Assembly: GCA_965656495.1 (NCBI GenBank)
Contig: CBFHKU010000007.1
Span: forward strand, 2,781-66,780
Length of the DNA: 64,000 nt
Source of the DNA: Coraliomargaritaceae bacterium
GTDB lineage: Bacteria; Verrucomicrobiota; Verrucomicrobiia; Opitutales; Coraliomargaritaceae
Reading direction: 5' to 3'
The notes beneath the pieces were generated by a model that worked only from the letters and a program-made list of their open reading frames with translations, did no database searches and was not told the DNA's origin. The first letter of the stretch is position 1; the number at the start of each line of letters is the position of its first letter. Below, in pieces: positions 26,815 through 37,322 of the stretch. A program made the position numbers and the translations under genes.

Positions 26815-28776
26815 ATGACTCATTCCCCCGAAAACTTTGAGAGTGTATCCCACGAAAACCGTAGTTTTGAACCGCCGCAGGCCTTTGCGGAACAAGCCTT
26901 GATTGGAAGTGAAGCGGCCTACCGGGAACTCTATGAACGCAGTATCGCGGAGCCGGAGGCCTTTTGGGCGGAAGCGGCGCAGGATTTGCACTGGTTCAAG
27001 CCGTGGGACTCTGTTTTGGATGCCAGTGAGGCTCCGTTCTATAAATGGTTTGATGGTGCTCAGACCAATATCAGTTACAATTGTCTGGATCGGCATCTTG
27101 ATAACGGGCTGGGTGATCGCGTCGCGCTTCACTGGGAGGGTGAACCGGGTGACCAACGGAGCCTGACTTTCCGTGAACTTCATGCGGAGGTGTGTCGTTT
27201 CGCCAATGTTCTGAAAAAAATGGGGGTCGAAAAGGGTGACCGCATTGCGGTGTATTTGCCGATGATCCCGGAGTTAGCGATTTCAGTGTTGGCCTGTGCG
27301 CGTATTGGGGCGGTGCATTCCGTGATTTTTGGAGGCTTCTCGGCGGATTCGATTCGCGATCGGGTTCTTGATAGTGAGACCCGCATGGTGATTACGGCCG
27401 ATGGCGGCTATCGTCGGGGCAAGATTCTCGAGCTTAAAAAGATCGTGGATGAGGGCGTGGCGAATTGTGACTGCGTGAAGGATGTATTGGTCATTAAGCG
27501 CGGGGGGCACCATGCCATCGACTGTGAGATGGTAGCGGGTCGCGATTCGTGGTATGCGGATGTCGTGAGCGGCGTTGATGCTGATTGCCCGGCGGAACCG
27601 ATGGAAGCGGAGGACCTGCTCTTTTTGCTCTATACCAGTGGGACAACCGGCAAGCCCAAGGGCATCATGCACACCACTGCAGGGTATCAGGTCTTCACAT
27701 ACCTGACTTCAAAATACGTTTTTGATCTGAAGCCGGACGACATTTATTGGTGTACCGCCGACGTGGGCTGGATCACCGGTCACAGTTATATTGTATACGG
27801 GATTCTTCAAAATGGCGTCACGCAGGTCATGTATGAAGGCGCACCGGATTTCCCGGATCAGGGTCGTTTCTGGGAGATCATTGAGCGCTACAAGGTGACG
27901 ACTTTTTACACCGCTCCGACCGCGATCCGCGCCTTCATGAAATGGGGCGACAACTGGCTGGCGCATAAGGATTTGAGTTCCTTGCGTCTCCTCGGGACGG
28001 TCGGTGAACCGATCAATCCGGAAGCGTGGATGTGGTATCATGAAAAAGTGGGTGCCGAACGTTGTCCGATTGTGGACACCTGGTGGCAGACTGAAACCGG
28101 CGGGCATATGTTGACGCCGATGCCAGGTGCCATCGCAACGAAGCCCGGCTGCGCAACGGTGCCGTTCTTTGGGATTGAACCAGACATCCTCACGGATGAG
28201 GGCGAGTCGGTGGAAGCGGGGATTCTTGCGATCAAAAAACCATGGCCCGGAATGTTGCGGGGGATTTATGGCGACCCGCAGCGCTTCAAGGACACCTACT
28301 GGTGCAAATGGGGCGGGCAGTATTATTTCCCCGGTGATGGGGCCCGCCGCGACGAGGACGGTTACTACTGGATTCTGGGTCGGGTCGATGACGTGGTGAA
28401 CGTTTCCGGTCACCGGATTGGCACGGCGGAACTGGAAAGCGTATTTGTCGAGCACAAGGATGTTGCCGAATCTGCGGTCATTGGGATTCCGCATGAAATA
28501 AAAGGGCAGGGCTTGATTGCCTTTGTGACGGTTATCGATGGCCGGGCGCACGATGACCATTTGCGCAAGGAATTGGTGGAGATGATCGACAAGAGCATCG
28601 GCAAATTTGCCCGCCCCGAGCGCATCGTCTTTTCGCATGATCTTCCCAAGACCCGTTCCGGTAAAATCATGCGCCGTCTCCTGCGCGATATCGCGGAGGG
28701 CCGCGAACTTGGAAATACGACGACCCTTGCGGATCCCGGGGTGGTCGAAAATCTCCAAGTTCAATTTGACAGTTAA
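26815..28776 (+). CDS. acs: Acetyl-CoA synthetase
   Basis: LYTSGTTGKPKG, WCTADVGWITGHSY, DTWWQTETGG, PKTRSGKIMRR. Confidence 0.96.
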   Translation: MTHSPENFESVSHENRSFEPPQAFAEQALIGSEAAYRELYERSIAEPEAFWAEAAQDLHWFKPWDSVLDASEAPFYKWFDGAQTNISYNCLDRHLDNGLGDRVALHWEGEPGDQRSLTFRELHAEVCRFANVLKKMGVEKGDRIAVYLPMIPELAISVLACARIGAVHSVIFGGFSADSIRDRVLDSETRMVITADGGYRRGKILELKKIVDEGVANCDCVKDVLVIKRGGHHAIDCEMVAGRDSWYADVVSGVDADCPAEPMEAEDLLFLLYTSGTTGKPKGIMHTTAGYQVFTYLTSKYVFDLKPDDIYWCTADVGWITGHSYIVYGILQNGVTQVMYEGAPDFPDQGRFWEIIERYKVTTFYTAPTAIRAFMKWGDNWLAHKDLSSLRLLGTVGEPINPEAWMWYHEKVGAERCPIVDTWWQTETGGHMLTPMPGAIATKPGCATVPFFGIEPDILTDEGESVEAGILAIKKPWPGMLRGIYGDPQRFKDTYWCKWGGQYYFPGDGARRDEDGYYWILGRVDDVVNVSGHRIGTAELESVFVEHKDVAESAVIGIPHEIKGQGLIAFVTVIDGRAHDDHLRKELVEMIDKSIGKFARPERIVFSHDLPKTRSGKIMRRLLRDIAEGRELGNTTTLADPGVVENLQVQFDS

Positions 28777-28851
28777 AGACATTAACCTGCGACGATCCTG
28801 AAAGTCGCAGTGATCCAAGCCCACAATACAAACCATCGTCTGCAATACCTC

Positions 28852-29118
28852 ATGAATGATCAAAACTCCAAATCCCACTGGCGTGCGAGTCTGCGACTCA
28901 CCGGCATACTTTTAGTATTCTGGTTTATCTTGGGCTACGTCGCGCCGATTCTTTGTCGTGACTGGCTGGACGCGAATTTCCCGGCGGTCGGTACCGCTCC
29001 CTTTGGATTCTGGGTGGCGCAGCAGGGTTCCATCATCGGTTTTGTTGTGATTCTCGTAATCTACGCGATTTGCATGAACCGCACCGATAAAAAACACGGA
29101 TATACCGAGGAGGACTAA
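28852..29118 (+). CDS. DUF4212-family small symporter-associated membrane protein
   Basis: PFGFWVAQQGSI motif, directly upstream of an SSS transporter. Confidence 0.85.
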   Translation: MNDQNSKSHWRASLRLTGILLVFWFILGYVAPILCRDWLDANFPAVGTAPFGFWVAQQGSIIGFVVILVIYAICMNRTDKKHGYTEED

Positions 29119-29121
29119 ACA

Positions 29122-30960
29122 ATGGAAATAGCACAAAGCACTCTGAATCTAATTTTTATCGGCGCCTCGTTCGCGGTTTATATTGTGATCGCAGCGCGTT
29201 CGCGGGCGGCCTCAACCAAGGAATATTATGTAGCAGGTGGTGGAGTCTCGCCGTTGGCGAACGGGATGGCGACTGCGGCGGACTGGATGTCGGCAGCGAC
29301 CTTTATTTCCATGGCGGGAGCGGTTGCAATCAGCGGCTACGATGCCTCCCGTTTCCTGATGGGTTGGACCGGTGGTTTTGTTTTGCTGACGATGCTGATG
29401 GTGCCGTTCCTGCGTAAGTTCAACAAGGCGACGGTGCCGGATTTCATCGGGGATCGCTATTACTCACGCACCGCGCGCGCGGTCGCGGTGGTGTGTGCGA
29501 TCTTTATTTGCATGACCTATATCATGGGCCAAATGCGCGGCGTCGGGGTCGTTTTCTCGCAACTCTTCGGTATCAGCATTCCATCCGGTGTCATCAGCGG
29601 AGCCGTCATTGTCTTTATCTATGCCGGACTCGGCGGGATGAAAGGCATCACGTACACGCAAGTTGCGCAGTATTCCGTAATGGCGTTTTCCTACACCATT
29701 CCCGCGGTTTTCATTGCGATGGCCTTGACCGGCAATGTCGTGCCACAGCTCGGACTGATCGGGAATTACACCGCAGATGGCACCGCGGTTCCATTTCTGG
29801 CGAAATTGAATGCCATCAATGCAGAGCTTGGCTTTGCGGAATACACCTCCGGTAAACTCTCAACCATTAATATGTTTTGCATCACGGCGGCCTTGATGTG
29901 CGGCACGGCGGGGTTGCCGCATGTGATCGTCCGCTTCTTTACCGTTAAAGACGTCAAGGCGGTGCGAAAGTCCGCTTGTTGGACCTTGGGTTTTATCGCG
30001 GTGATCTATTTGACCGCACCCACCATCGGAGCATTTTCCCGTGTAAACCTCATTGAGAAACTGCACCAAACAACGTACACCGAAGCGCCGTATTGGTTTA
30101 AGGAATTTGAGAAAACCGGACAAATGGCTTGGGTGGATAAGAATAATGACGGGCGCATTCAATACTTTGGGCCCGGCAAATCCGAGGCGGGCACCTTCAG
30201 CGTTTTTCAGGGGAAAGCTCCCGAATACCCCTTGTACGATGCCCCGGAAGAGCAGCGCATTGGTGTGCACGGGCAACGCCTCCTTGCGAATAAGGCGGAT
30301 CTTTCCAATCCCAACGAGCTTTACTTCGGCAATGACATCATGGTGATGGCAAATCCCTACATGGCGGGGCTGCCACCGTGGGTGATCGCGCTCTTGATGG
30401 CGGGTTGTATCGCGGCGGCACTTTCCACCGCAGCAGGTCTTCTCTTGGTGTTATCCACTTCCATTTCGCACGACTTGATGAAAAAAATCATCAAGCCGGA
30501 TTTAACTGATAAGGAGGAAGTTAATTTTGCGCGCTTGGCCTCCTTTGCGGCACTGGTCGTGGCCGCCTACTTCGGCGTAAACCCGCCTTCGGCCTTTATC
30601 GCTAAAACGGTTGCCTTTGCCTTTGGTCTGGCGGCCTCTTCATTTTTCCCGACGCTGCTGATGGGTATTTTCTCTTCACGCGTCAATCGAGTCGGCGGAA
30701 TTGCCGGAATGGTTTGCGGTATTTTATTCACGAGTAGTTATATTGTGTATTTCCAGTTTCTTGGAGGTACAAAAGAGCAGCTCCTCTTTGGGATCACGCC
30801 AGAGGGCATTGGGTTTGTGGGCATGTTGCTCAATTTCATTGTCGCCTTTGCGGTCAGTAACATGACCAAGCCGCCGCCCGCGTATATCACTGAAATGGTT
30901 TCGAATATTCGCACGCCGAGTGGGGTTCGCAAAACGCCGCCCGCAGACTTTGAAATCTAG
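29122..30960 (+). CDS. Sodium:solute symporter (ActP/VC_2705-like, probable acetate permease)
   Basis: [38 protein letters not shown] loop; acs operon. Confidence 0.9.
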   Translation: MEIAQSTLNLIFIGASFAVYIVIAARSRAASTKEYYVAGGGVSPLANGMATAADWMSAATFISMAGAVAISGYDASRFLMGWTGGFVLLTMLMVPFLRKFNKATVPDFIGDRYYSRTARAVAVVCAIFICMTYIMGQMRGVGVVFSQLFGISIPSGVISGAVIVFIYAGLGGMKGITYTQVAQYSVMAFSYTIPAVFIAMALTGNVVPQLGLIGNYTADGTAVPFLAKLNAINAELGFAEYTSGKLSTINMFCITAALMCGTAGLPHVIVRFFTVKDVKAVRKSACWTLGFIAVIYLTAPTIGAFSRVNLIEKLHQTTYTEAPYWFKEFEKTGQMAWVDKNNDGRIQYFGPGKSEAGTFSVFQGKAPEYPLYDAPEEQRIGVHGQRLLANKADLSNPNELYFGNDIMVMANPYMAGLPPWVIALLMAGCIAAALSTAAGLLLVLSTSISHDLMKKIIKPDLTDKEEVNFARLASFAALVVAAYFGVNPPSAFIAKTVAFAFGLAASSFFPTLLMGIFSSRVNRVGGIAGMVCGILFTSSYIVYFQFLGGTKEQLLFGITPEGIGFVGMLLNFIVAFAVSNMTKPPPAYITEMVSNIRTPSGVRKTPPADFEI

Positions 30961-30968
30961 CGACGGCC

Positions 30969-31859
30969 TCAGCCTTGTTTCAGCAAGCGCTTGAAGTTCT
31001 CTCCCAAGAGCGCTTCAAGCGTCTCCGGATCGAGGTGGGTCTGCTCTTTAATATAGCGGAGGTATTGAGAGAAATTCGCGCGGCTTTGTTCACGGGGAAA
31101 GATCCGCAGGGGGTAATCGCTCCCGAATAATATTTTATCCGGCCCGGCAAGACGGAGGGCTTGCTGGAACACCGCAGCGGGGTGAAGGAGGGGACTCGCC
31201 GAGCAGTCGAAGTAAACATTGCCCGGAATTTCAAGTGCTGCCTCGCCCTCTTCGGGGAGCAGGAGATCGCCGCCCCAGTGGGCGAGTATGATCGTTGTGT
31301 TTGGGGCGCTGGTTGCAAGGGCGAGGACTGCGTCATGCGGCGTGGCGACCGCATCGGGATGTTGTCGCCCCTTCGTGCCGGTAACGTGCAAATTAATGGG
31401 CCAGTTGTGCCGGGCGCACCATTCCGCCATTTCATGCCAGCCCGCACTGTCGGCATTGAAGCCCTGCACCCCCTGATGCAATTCACCGACACCCCGGAGC
31501 CCAAGTTCCGCAGCCGCTTCAAGTTGCGCGGTGACATTTACCTGCGGTTGAATTGCGGCAAAACCGATGAAGCGATCCGGAGCAGTCTTTACCCAATTTG
31601 AAATGACGGTGTTGTGCCAGCGGCAGGTGGTCTCATTTTCCCAATACCAACCCAACAGGACCGCCTGATCCACGCCTGCGGCATCCATGTCTGAAAGCAT
31701 GCGCTCCGGGGTCGCCCAATCCTGAATCGAGGGTCGCTCGCCCGGCGCCACCAGTTTCGCCCAGTGCGGTTCATTGTGTTTTGTTGCCCACGCGATGGGA
31801 TCCGCGCTCAGTTCGGGCGGATAGGCATGCGTGTGGCAATCAATGATGACAGGGGGCAT
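30969..31859 (-). CDS. Amidohydrolase family 2 protein
   Basis: IDCHTH, GVGE, ILAHWGG, KILFGSDYP. Confidence 0.85.
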   Translation of the reverse strand: MPPVIIDCHTHAYPPELSADPIAWATKHNEPHWAKLVAPGERPSIQDWATPERMLSDMDAAGVDQAVLLGWYWENETTCRWHNTVISNWVKTAPDRFIGFAAIQPQVNVTAQLEAAAELGLRGVGELHQGVQGFNADSAGWHEMAEWCARHNWPINLHVTGTKGRQHPDAVATPHDAVLALATSAPNTTIILAHWGGDLLLPEEGEAALEIPGNVYFDCSASPLLHPAAVFQQALRLAGPDKILFGSDYPLRIFPREQSRANFSQYLRYIKEQTHLDPETLEALLGENFKRLLKQG

Positions 31860-31907
31860 GACGGAAAAGGATGCCGCTCCCGCCAAGGCGGGCAATCGCA
31901 ATTTCAA

Positions 31908-32666
31908 TTAGAGCCGTACCGCGATTCCCGCATCTGCGAGGGATTGCTTGGCTTCTGCGATCGTGTAGGTACCAAAATGAAAAATAGAAGCGGCCAGAAC
32001 CGCGTTGGCATGACCTTTAGTAAAAGCTTCCTTTAAGTGGTCGAGTGTTCCGGCACCGCCCGAAGCAATGACCGGAATCGTTACTGCCGCGCTCACCGTC
32101 CGTGTCAGGGCGAGGTCATAGCCGTCCTTCGTTCCGTCGGCGTCCATGCTCGTTAGCAGGATTTCTCCCGCACCGAGTTCGGTCACGCGTTTCGCCCATT
32201 CGACCGCGTCGATCCCGGTGGGGTTGCGCCCGCCGTGGGTGTAAACTTCCCATTTTCCCGGCGCGGTTTGCTTCGCATCAATCGCAACGACAATACATTG
32301 ATTACCGAATTTTGCGGCGGCATCGGCCACGAGCGAAGGGTCCTTGAGGGCGGCGGTGTTTAAGCTCACTTTGTCCGCGCCGGCATTCAGCATGGATCGG
32401 ATGTCCTCTACGGTTCGAATTCCGCCGCCCACCGTGAGCGGCATAAAGCACTCCGAGGCGGTGCGCTCCACGACATCGTGCATGATAGCGCGTTCGTCGC
32501 TGGATGCGGTAATGTCGAGAAAGACCAATTCATCGGCGCCCTGCGCTTCGTATGCCTTGGCCTGTTCGACCGGATCGCCGGCGTCGATCAAGTTAACAAA
32601 GTTTACACCCTTCACTACACGTCCACCGTGCACATCCAAACAGGGAATGATTCGGTTGGAGAGCAT
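31908..32666 (-). CDS. hisF: Imidazole glycerol phosphate synthase subunit HisF
   Basis: [37 protein letters not shown]. Confidence 0.97.
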   Translation of the reverse strand: MLSNRIIPCLDVHGGRVVKGVNFVNLIDAGDPVEQAKAYEAQGADELVFLDITASSDERAIMHDVVERTASECFMPLTVGGGIRTVEDIRSMLNAGADKVSLNTAALKDPSLVADAAAKFGNQCIVVAIDAKQTAPGKWEVYTHGGRNPTGIDAVEWAKRVTELGAGEILLTSMDADGTKDGYDLALTRTVSAAVTIPVIASGGAGTLDHLKEAFTKGHANAVLAASIFHFGTYTIAEAKQSLADAGIAVRL

Positions 32667-32699
32667 AGGGTTGGGTTGGCAGGGGTCGTTCGCTGAGGC

Positions 32700-34475
32700 T
32701 TATTCGTCCGCGAAGCTGATGTCGGGCTCGAAGGAGAGGGCGAGGCGGTATTGCACTCCCGGACGCATGACGAGTTTGTGGTCGCGCTCCAGGATTTGCA
32801 GGTAGTGCATATTGCCGTAGTGGGTACGGTATTTTGGATCGTTGGTGACGGTTTCCAATGGTTTCCACTCTGCTTGAAAGTCGTCTTTCAAAACATTGGC
32901 ACGTTGCCCCTCCGCGCCCAGCGAAAAGGCTGTCCCAACACGGTGGCTGCTGTGGGGGGCGCTGATTGCGAGGATATAGCGCATGCGGTCGAGGGTGACC
33001 TGTTGCTTTACGCTGAAGCAATACTCACAGCTGAGCTTGCCCTTGAGGAAGGTCCAGGTGACTTTACAGCTGCCGAGCCCGTTCACAATGGTTTCGTCGG
33101 TGGTGATGAGTTCGGGTTGGTCGTATTTGAAAACGAGGGCGTTGCGCAGACCGATGCTGGTGGTGCAGTTTTTTCCGTAGAAGGCAGGGACGATAACCTT
33201 GTCACCGAAGGTTAATTCGGGGGTCATGATGGGCAAGTAGGTCTCGGAGGGCCAGTCAAAGATACCGGGCGAGTGGGGGAATGCGAGGGAGGCGGAGCTA
33301 TTACGCGCCTTGGATATATTACCGGTCAGGGGCAATTGGAAAGCGAGTCCGCTCTCGGGGTCCTGATAAAGGAAGAGGCCTTGTTCTTTGCGGTGTGATT
33401 TATCGAAATTGACAAAGCGTGCAACCTTGCGGGAAGGCACCGGACTTGCGGGAGAAGCATCGCCGCCGATTGCGCGGGCAAGGCGTGCCCACTGGCACAG
33501 ATAGCGCACGGCATCAAAATTCGCCATGCGGGTGGTGTGGTAGTTGACGGTGTCACGTTCGCCATCACGAATGACAAGGTCGCCGTTTTCCTGATCGAGA
33601 TAAGTCGCAAAGAAGTTAACGAAGAGGCGACGGGCAGTATCGAGATAAAGGTCGCGTTGGTTTGCAGTAATCCAGTCGTCACGCAGAGCCTGCATGATTA
33701 GGCTGATGCAATGCATTTGACCATAGGCACCAATGGAGCGGCCATAAGCCCAGCCCACACCATCTTGGCGCACGATATCGGGTAAGAGTTTGAGATATTT
33801 TTCGCTGTGGCTCCTCAGGGTGGGAAGCTTGCGATCGCGCAGGTTGATATTGGCGTGTAATTGCAGCGCCTGGCGGATAAATACGAAGGACATGACCCCG
33901 TAGATATCAAATGCGCCCCCGATGCTACCGGTGATACCGGCGGCATCGTCCATATAGCCCGCGCTGGAATTGCTTTCAATGCGCTCGGTGAAGCGATCGA
34001 TGAGCTGCCCGGTCTCGTCTTTTTTGGAAAGCCCGAGGCTGAAACGTGTAACTGCCTTGGCAATGTTGAAACTTTGGAAGTGGTTGTCGAAGTCGCTGCG
34101 TTCTAAAAGCTGACGGTCCAACTGTTCGCGAGTCGGGTCCATGAGTCGTTCCCAGACGGCGTTGCGTTCTTTGGAAGGCCCAAAGGAAAGGAGGCCGAGT
34201 GCGGCGTATGCCAAGCCGTTTTCCATGGCTTCTTCGGTGAATGCCTGAGCCGTAACGCAACGCGCCACCAAATCGACGAGGTCGGTGCCATCGAGGCTGG
34301 TCTCATTGGTTGCACGGTAGTATTCGCCAATCGCGAGGGCGGCATGACCCGGCTCATCGAGGCGGCTTGCTTCACCCGCAACAGGGGTTACAGTGCCCTG
34401 TTCGCTAATCGATTGTAAATTGTGACCCAGAATTGAGCGGGCCATATCAAGGCATTGGTCGGCAAAATTTTCCAT
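32700..34475 (-). CDS. Hypothetical protein (591 aa)
   Basis: Long ORF with core-like composition, co-oriented with hisF; family not recognised. Confidence 0.8.
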   Translation of the reverse strand: MENFADQCLDMARSILGHNLQSISEQGTVTPVAGEASRLDEPGHAALAIGEYYRATNETSLDGTDLVDLVARCVTAQAFTEEAMENGLAYAALGLLSFGPSKERNAVWERLMDPTREQLDRQLLERSDFDNHFQSFNIAKAVTRFSLGLSKKDETGQLIDRFTERIESNSSAGYMDDAAGITGSIGGAFDIYGVMSFVFIRQALQLHANINLRDRKLPTLRSHSEKYLKLLPDIVRQDGVGWAYGRSIGAYGQMHCISLIMQALRDDWITANQRDLYLDTARRLFVNFFATYLDQENGDLVIRDGERDTVNYHTTRMANFDAVRYLCQWARLARAIGGDASPASPVPSRKVARFVNFDKSHRKEQGLFLYQDPESGLAFQLPLTGNISKARNSSASLAFPHSPGIFDWPSETYLPIMTPELTFGDKVIVPAFYGKNCTTSIGLRNALVFKYDQPELITTDETIVNGLGSCKVTWTFLKGKLSCEYCFSVKQQVTLDRMRYILAISAPHSSHRVGTAFSLGAEGQRANVLKDDFQAEWKPLETVTNDPKYRTHYGNMHYLQILERDHKLVMRPGVQYRLALSFEPDISFADE

Positions 34476-34695
34476 ATATCTACAGCAGCTTTCAGCAGCT
34501 ACGAACGATTAGAATTGAATTTGGGCGCTTGTTTTGTCAACTGGAATCAAATCTATTTTGTAAAACATTGAAAGTGAGCCTGAAAGGTATCTATAGGGCT
34601 AGCACAGAAGCACCCGAATCCACGGATTTTTATTGGTAAACTATCTAAGATGCGGACTAGACAAACCGTTTTCATGCGGCATCATAAAAATCTCT

Positions 34696-35562
34696 ATGAA
34701 AATCTACATGAATGACGGATTGGTGGACCGCAAGGATGCCAAGGTATCGGTTTTTGACCACGGTTTACTCTATGGTGATGGCATATTTGAAGGAATCCGC
34801 CTGTATGATGGATGTATTTTTAAATTGGATGCGCATCTCGAACGCTTGGAATACTCGGCAAAGGCCATCATGTTGCCCATGCCCTGGAGCCGCGAGGAAC
34901 TTGCCGCAGCAGTTTGCGAAACCTGCCGTGCCAACGGTTTGAAGGATGGCTACATTCGTCTGGTGGTTACCCGGGGTGAGGGTAGTCTGGGGCTTTCCAT
35001 TAAGAATTGCGACCAGCCACAACTCATTGTCATTGCGGATTCAATTCAGCTTTACCCGGAGGAATATTACGAAAACGGCCTGAAGATCATCACGGTTCCG
35101 ACCCGGCGCTGCAATCCCGCCGCGCTGCCGCCCGCCGTCAAGTCCTTGAATTATCTCAATAACATCCTGGCGAAAATTGAGGCGCAGCATCTTGGCTATC
35201 ACGAGGCGATCATGTTGAATGATCAGGGTTACGTCGCAGAATGTACCGGAGATAATGTTTTTGTGATCCACAAAGGCAAATTGACGACCCCCGCCGCCAG
35301 CGCGGGTGCCTTGAAGGGGATCACCCGTGACACTGCGCTTGAACTCGCCGAAAAGCTCGGGATTGAATGGCAGGAGGCGAATTTGACGCGCTATGACATC
35401 TGGGTGGCGGATGAACTCTTCCTGACCGGGACCGCGGCTGAAATAATCCCAATTGTGGAAGTCGATGCCCGTCCTATTGGAGATGGAAAACCAGGGCCCA
35501 TCACGGGGCAATTTCTGGATGCCTTCCACCAAGTGGTCACCAAAGATGGCACGCAGCTCTAG
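34696..35562 (+). CDS. ilvE: Branched-chain amino acid aminotransferase
   Basis: DHGLLYGDGIFEGIR, KSLNYLNNI, ECTGDN, LKGITR, FLTGTAAE. Confidence 0.95.
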   Translation: MKIYMNDGLVDRKDAKVSVFDHGLLYGDGIFEGIRLYDGCIFKLDAHLERLEYSAKAIMLPMPWSREELAAAVCETCRANGLKDGYIRLVVTRGEGSLGLSIKNCDQPQLIVIADSIQLYPEEYYENGLKIITVPTRRCNPAALPPAVKSLNYLNNILAKIEAQHLGYHEAIMLNDQGYVAECTGDNVFVIHKGKLTTPAASAGALKGITRDTALELAEKLGIEWQEANLTRYDIWVADELFLTGTAAEIIPIVEVDARPIGDGKPGPITGQFLDAFHQVVTKDGTQL

Positions 35563-35708
35563 CTAAATAGCCGGAAGGGCATGCTGTGGCATAAGATTGG
35601 CACAGTTGATGCAAAAATAAATGCAAGTAACAAATACTTTGCCGCCAAAAGGTGGCAAATATCTCTTTAATTTTTGCCAAATTCGAAATTTTAACCAAAC
35701 TGTGAGGC

Positions 35709-36209
35709 ATGGGTGATGTTTTAAAATGCAAATTCTGCGATGAGGTTGCCACCGTTCACTTGACGCAGATTATCAACAACAAGATCCACAAGGTGGACCT
35801 GTGTGAGACCTGTGCCCAGCAAAAGGGCGTTTCTGACCCGGAGGGTTTCTCCTTGGCGGAGATGTTGATGCAGTCGAATGCCGCGATGGGCAGCGATGAA
35901 CAACAGCTCCAATGCCCGGCCTGCGGTTGTCGCACAAGTGATTTTCGCCGAACCGGACGCATGGGTTGCGCGGAGTGCTATACCGCTTTTGAGCCCATTC
36001 TAGAGCCGATTCTGGAGGATATGCACTCGGGATTGAAGCATACCGGCAAAGTCCCCTCGCACGCCTTGGATCGGCAAAGTTACCATACCCGCCTGCATAA
36101 TTTAAAGTCCGCGCTGGTCCGCGCCATTGAAGACGAGGCCTATGAGGAAGCCGCGAAATACCGCGACGAAATCCACGCCCTGGAAACTCAGACGAGCGAA
36201 CCGACTTAA
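35709..36209 (+). CDS. mcsA: McsA (UvrB/UvrC-motif zinc protein)
   Basis: Four CxxC motifs, GRMGCAECY, C-terminal YEEAAKYRDEI. Confidence 0.9.
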   Translation: MGDVLKCKFCDEVATVHLTQIINNKIHKVDLCETCAQQKGVSDPEGFSLAEMLMQSNAAMGSDEQQLQCPACGCRTSDFRRTGRMGCAECYTAFEPILEPILEDMHSGLKHTGKVPSHALDRQSYHTRLHNLKSALVRAIEDEAYEEAAKYRDEIHALETQTSEPT

Positions 36210-36221
36210 AGTAAGCAAAGC

Positions 36222-37310
36222 ATGATTGAATCCATTATAGATGGCAAAAAAGCCGAGCTCACCCAAAGCTCCAAGCGCACTGCGCCGGTCGTGCTCAGTA
36301 CCCGCATTCGGCTCGCGCGTAACCTGACCGGCGCCCCTTTTCCGCAGCGTGCCAATCTGTCGCAGCGCCGGGACGTTTTGACCGATTGTGTCTCACAAAT
36401 CCAACGTCTTGAATCGATGGAATCCGGCACTTTTTTGGAAATTGAACAACTTTCTGAGCTCGAGAAACAGGTTTTATTGGAACGCCACTTGATCAGCAGC
36501 GAGTTGATCGAGAGCAGCAAGGGCTGCGGCGTCTATATCAATTCAGAGCAAACTTGTTCCGTCATGATCAATGAAGAGGACCATTTGCGGATCCAGTTTC
36601 TCAAAACCGGGTTTAATCTCAAGTCCTTGTGGAAGCGCATCAATTCATTTGATGATGCCATTGATGAATACCTGAATTTGGCATTTTCTGAGGAATTGGG
36701 TTATTTGACTGCTTGCCCGACGAATCTAGGGACTGGGATGCGGGCTTCGGTGATGATGCATTTGCCGGGACTAGTCTTGTCTGAGAACATGGAGAAAGTG
36801 ACCCGCGCGGTTGGTCAGCTTGGCATTGTGGTTCGGGGTCATTTCGGCGAAGGCTCCGATGCATCCGGGCATATTTTCCAGATTTCAAACCAGCAAACCC
36901 TTGGCGAGTCGGAGTCTGAAATCATCGAGCGTTTGGGCAATGTCCTGAAAAGCATTATCGATCAGGAGTTAAACGCGCGTTTCAAATATCTGGAGGACAA
37001 GCCCGAAATGCTCAGGGATCAAATTGGCCGCGCCTATGGAGTGCTGCAAAATGCGCACGTCCTCACCTCAAACGAAGCGATGCATCTCCTTTCGCTGCTG
37101 CGTTTGGCGGTCGATTTCAATTTTCTCCCGGAATCGCGTCGTGCCGAAGTGGACCGGTGCTTCATCGAGTGCCAGCCGGGGCACATCCAATATGATGTTA
37201 AATCTGACATTGCTCCGGAGTTGCGCGACACCGCCCGCGCTGCTAAACTGCGCTCGGTTTTCTCAAAACTTCCGCCCTTGTCTTTTGACAGCCTCGAAGA
37301 ACACGAATAA
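36222..37310 (+). CDS. mcsB: Protein arginine kinase McsB
   Basis: STRIRLARN, MINEEDHLR, GYLTACPTNLGTG. Confidence 0.93.
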   Translation: MIESIIDGKKAELTQSSKRTAPVVLSTRIRLARNLTGAPFPQRANLSQRRDVLTDCVSQIQRLESMESGTFLEIEQLSELEKQVLLERHLISSELIESSKGCGVYINSEQTCSVMINEEDHLRIQFLKTGFNLKSLWKRINSFDDAIDEYLNLAFSEELGYLTACPTNLGTGMRASVMMHLPGLVLSENMEKVTRAVGQLGIVVRGHFGEGSDASGHIFQISNQQTLGESESEIIERLGNVLKSIIDQELNARFKYLEDKPEMLRDQIGRAYGVLQNAHVLTSNEAMHLLSLLRLAVDFNFLPESRRAEVDRCFIECQPGHIQYDVKSDIAPELRDTARAAKLRSVFSKLPPLSFDSLEEHE

Positions 37311-37322
37311 TATATCACTACT

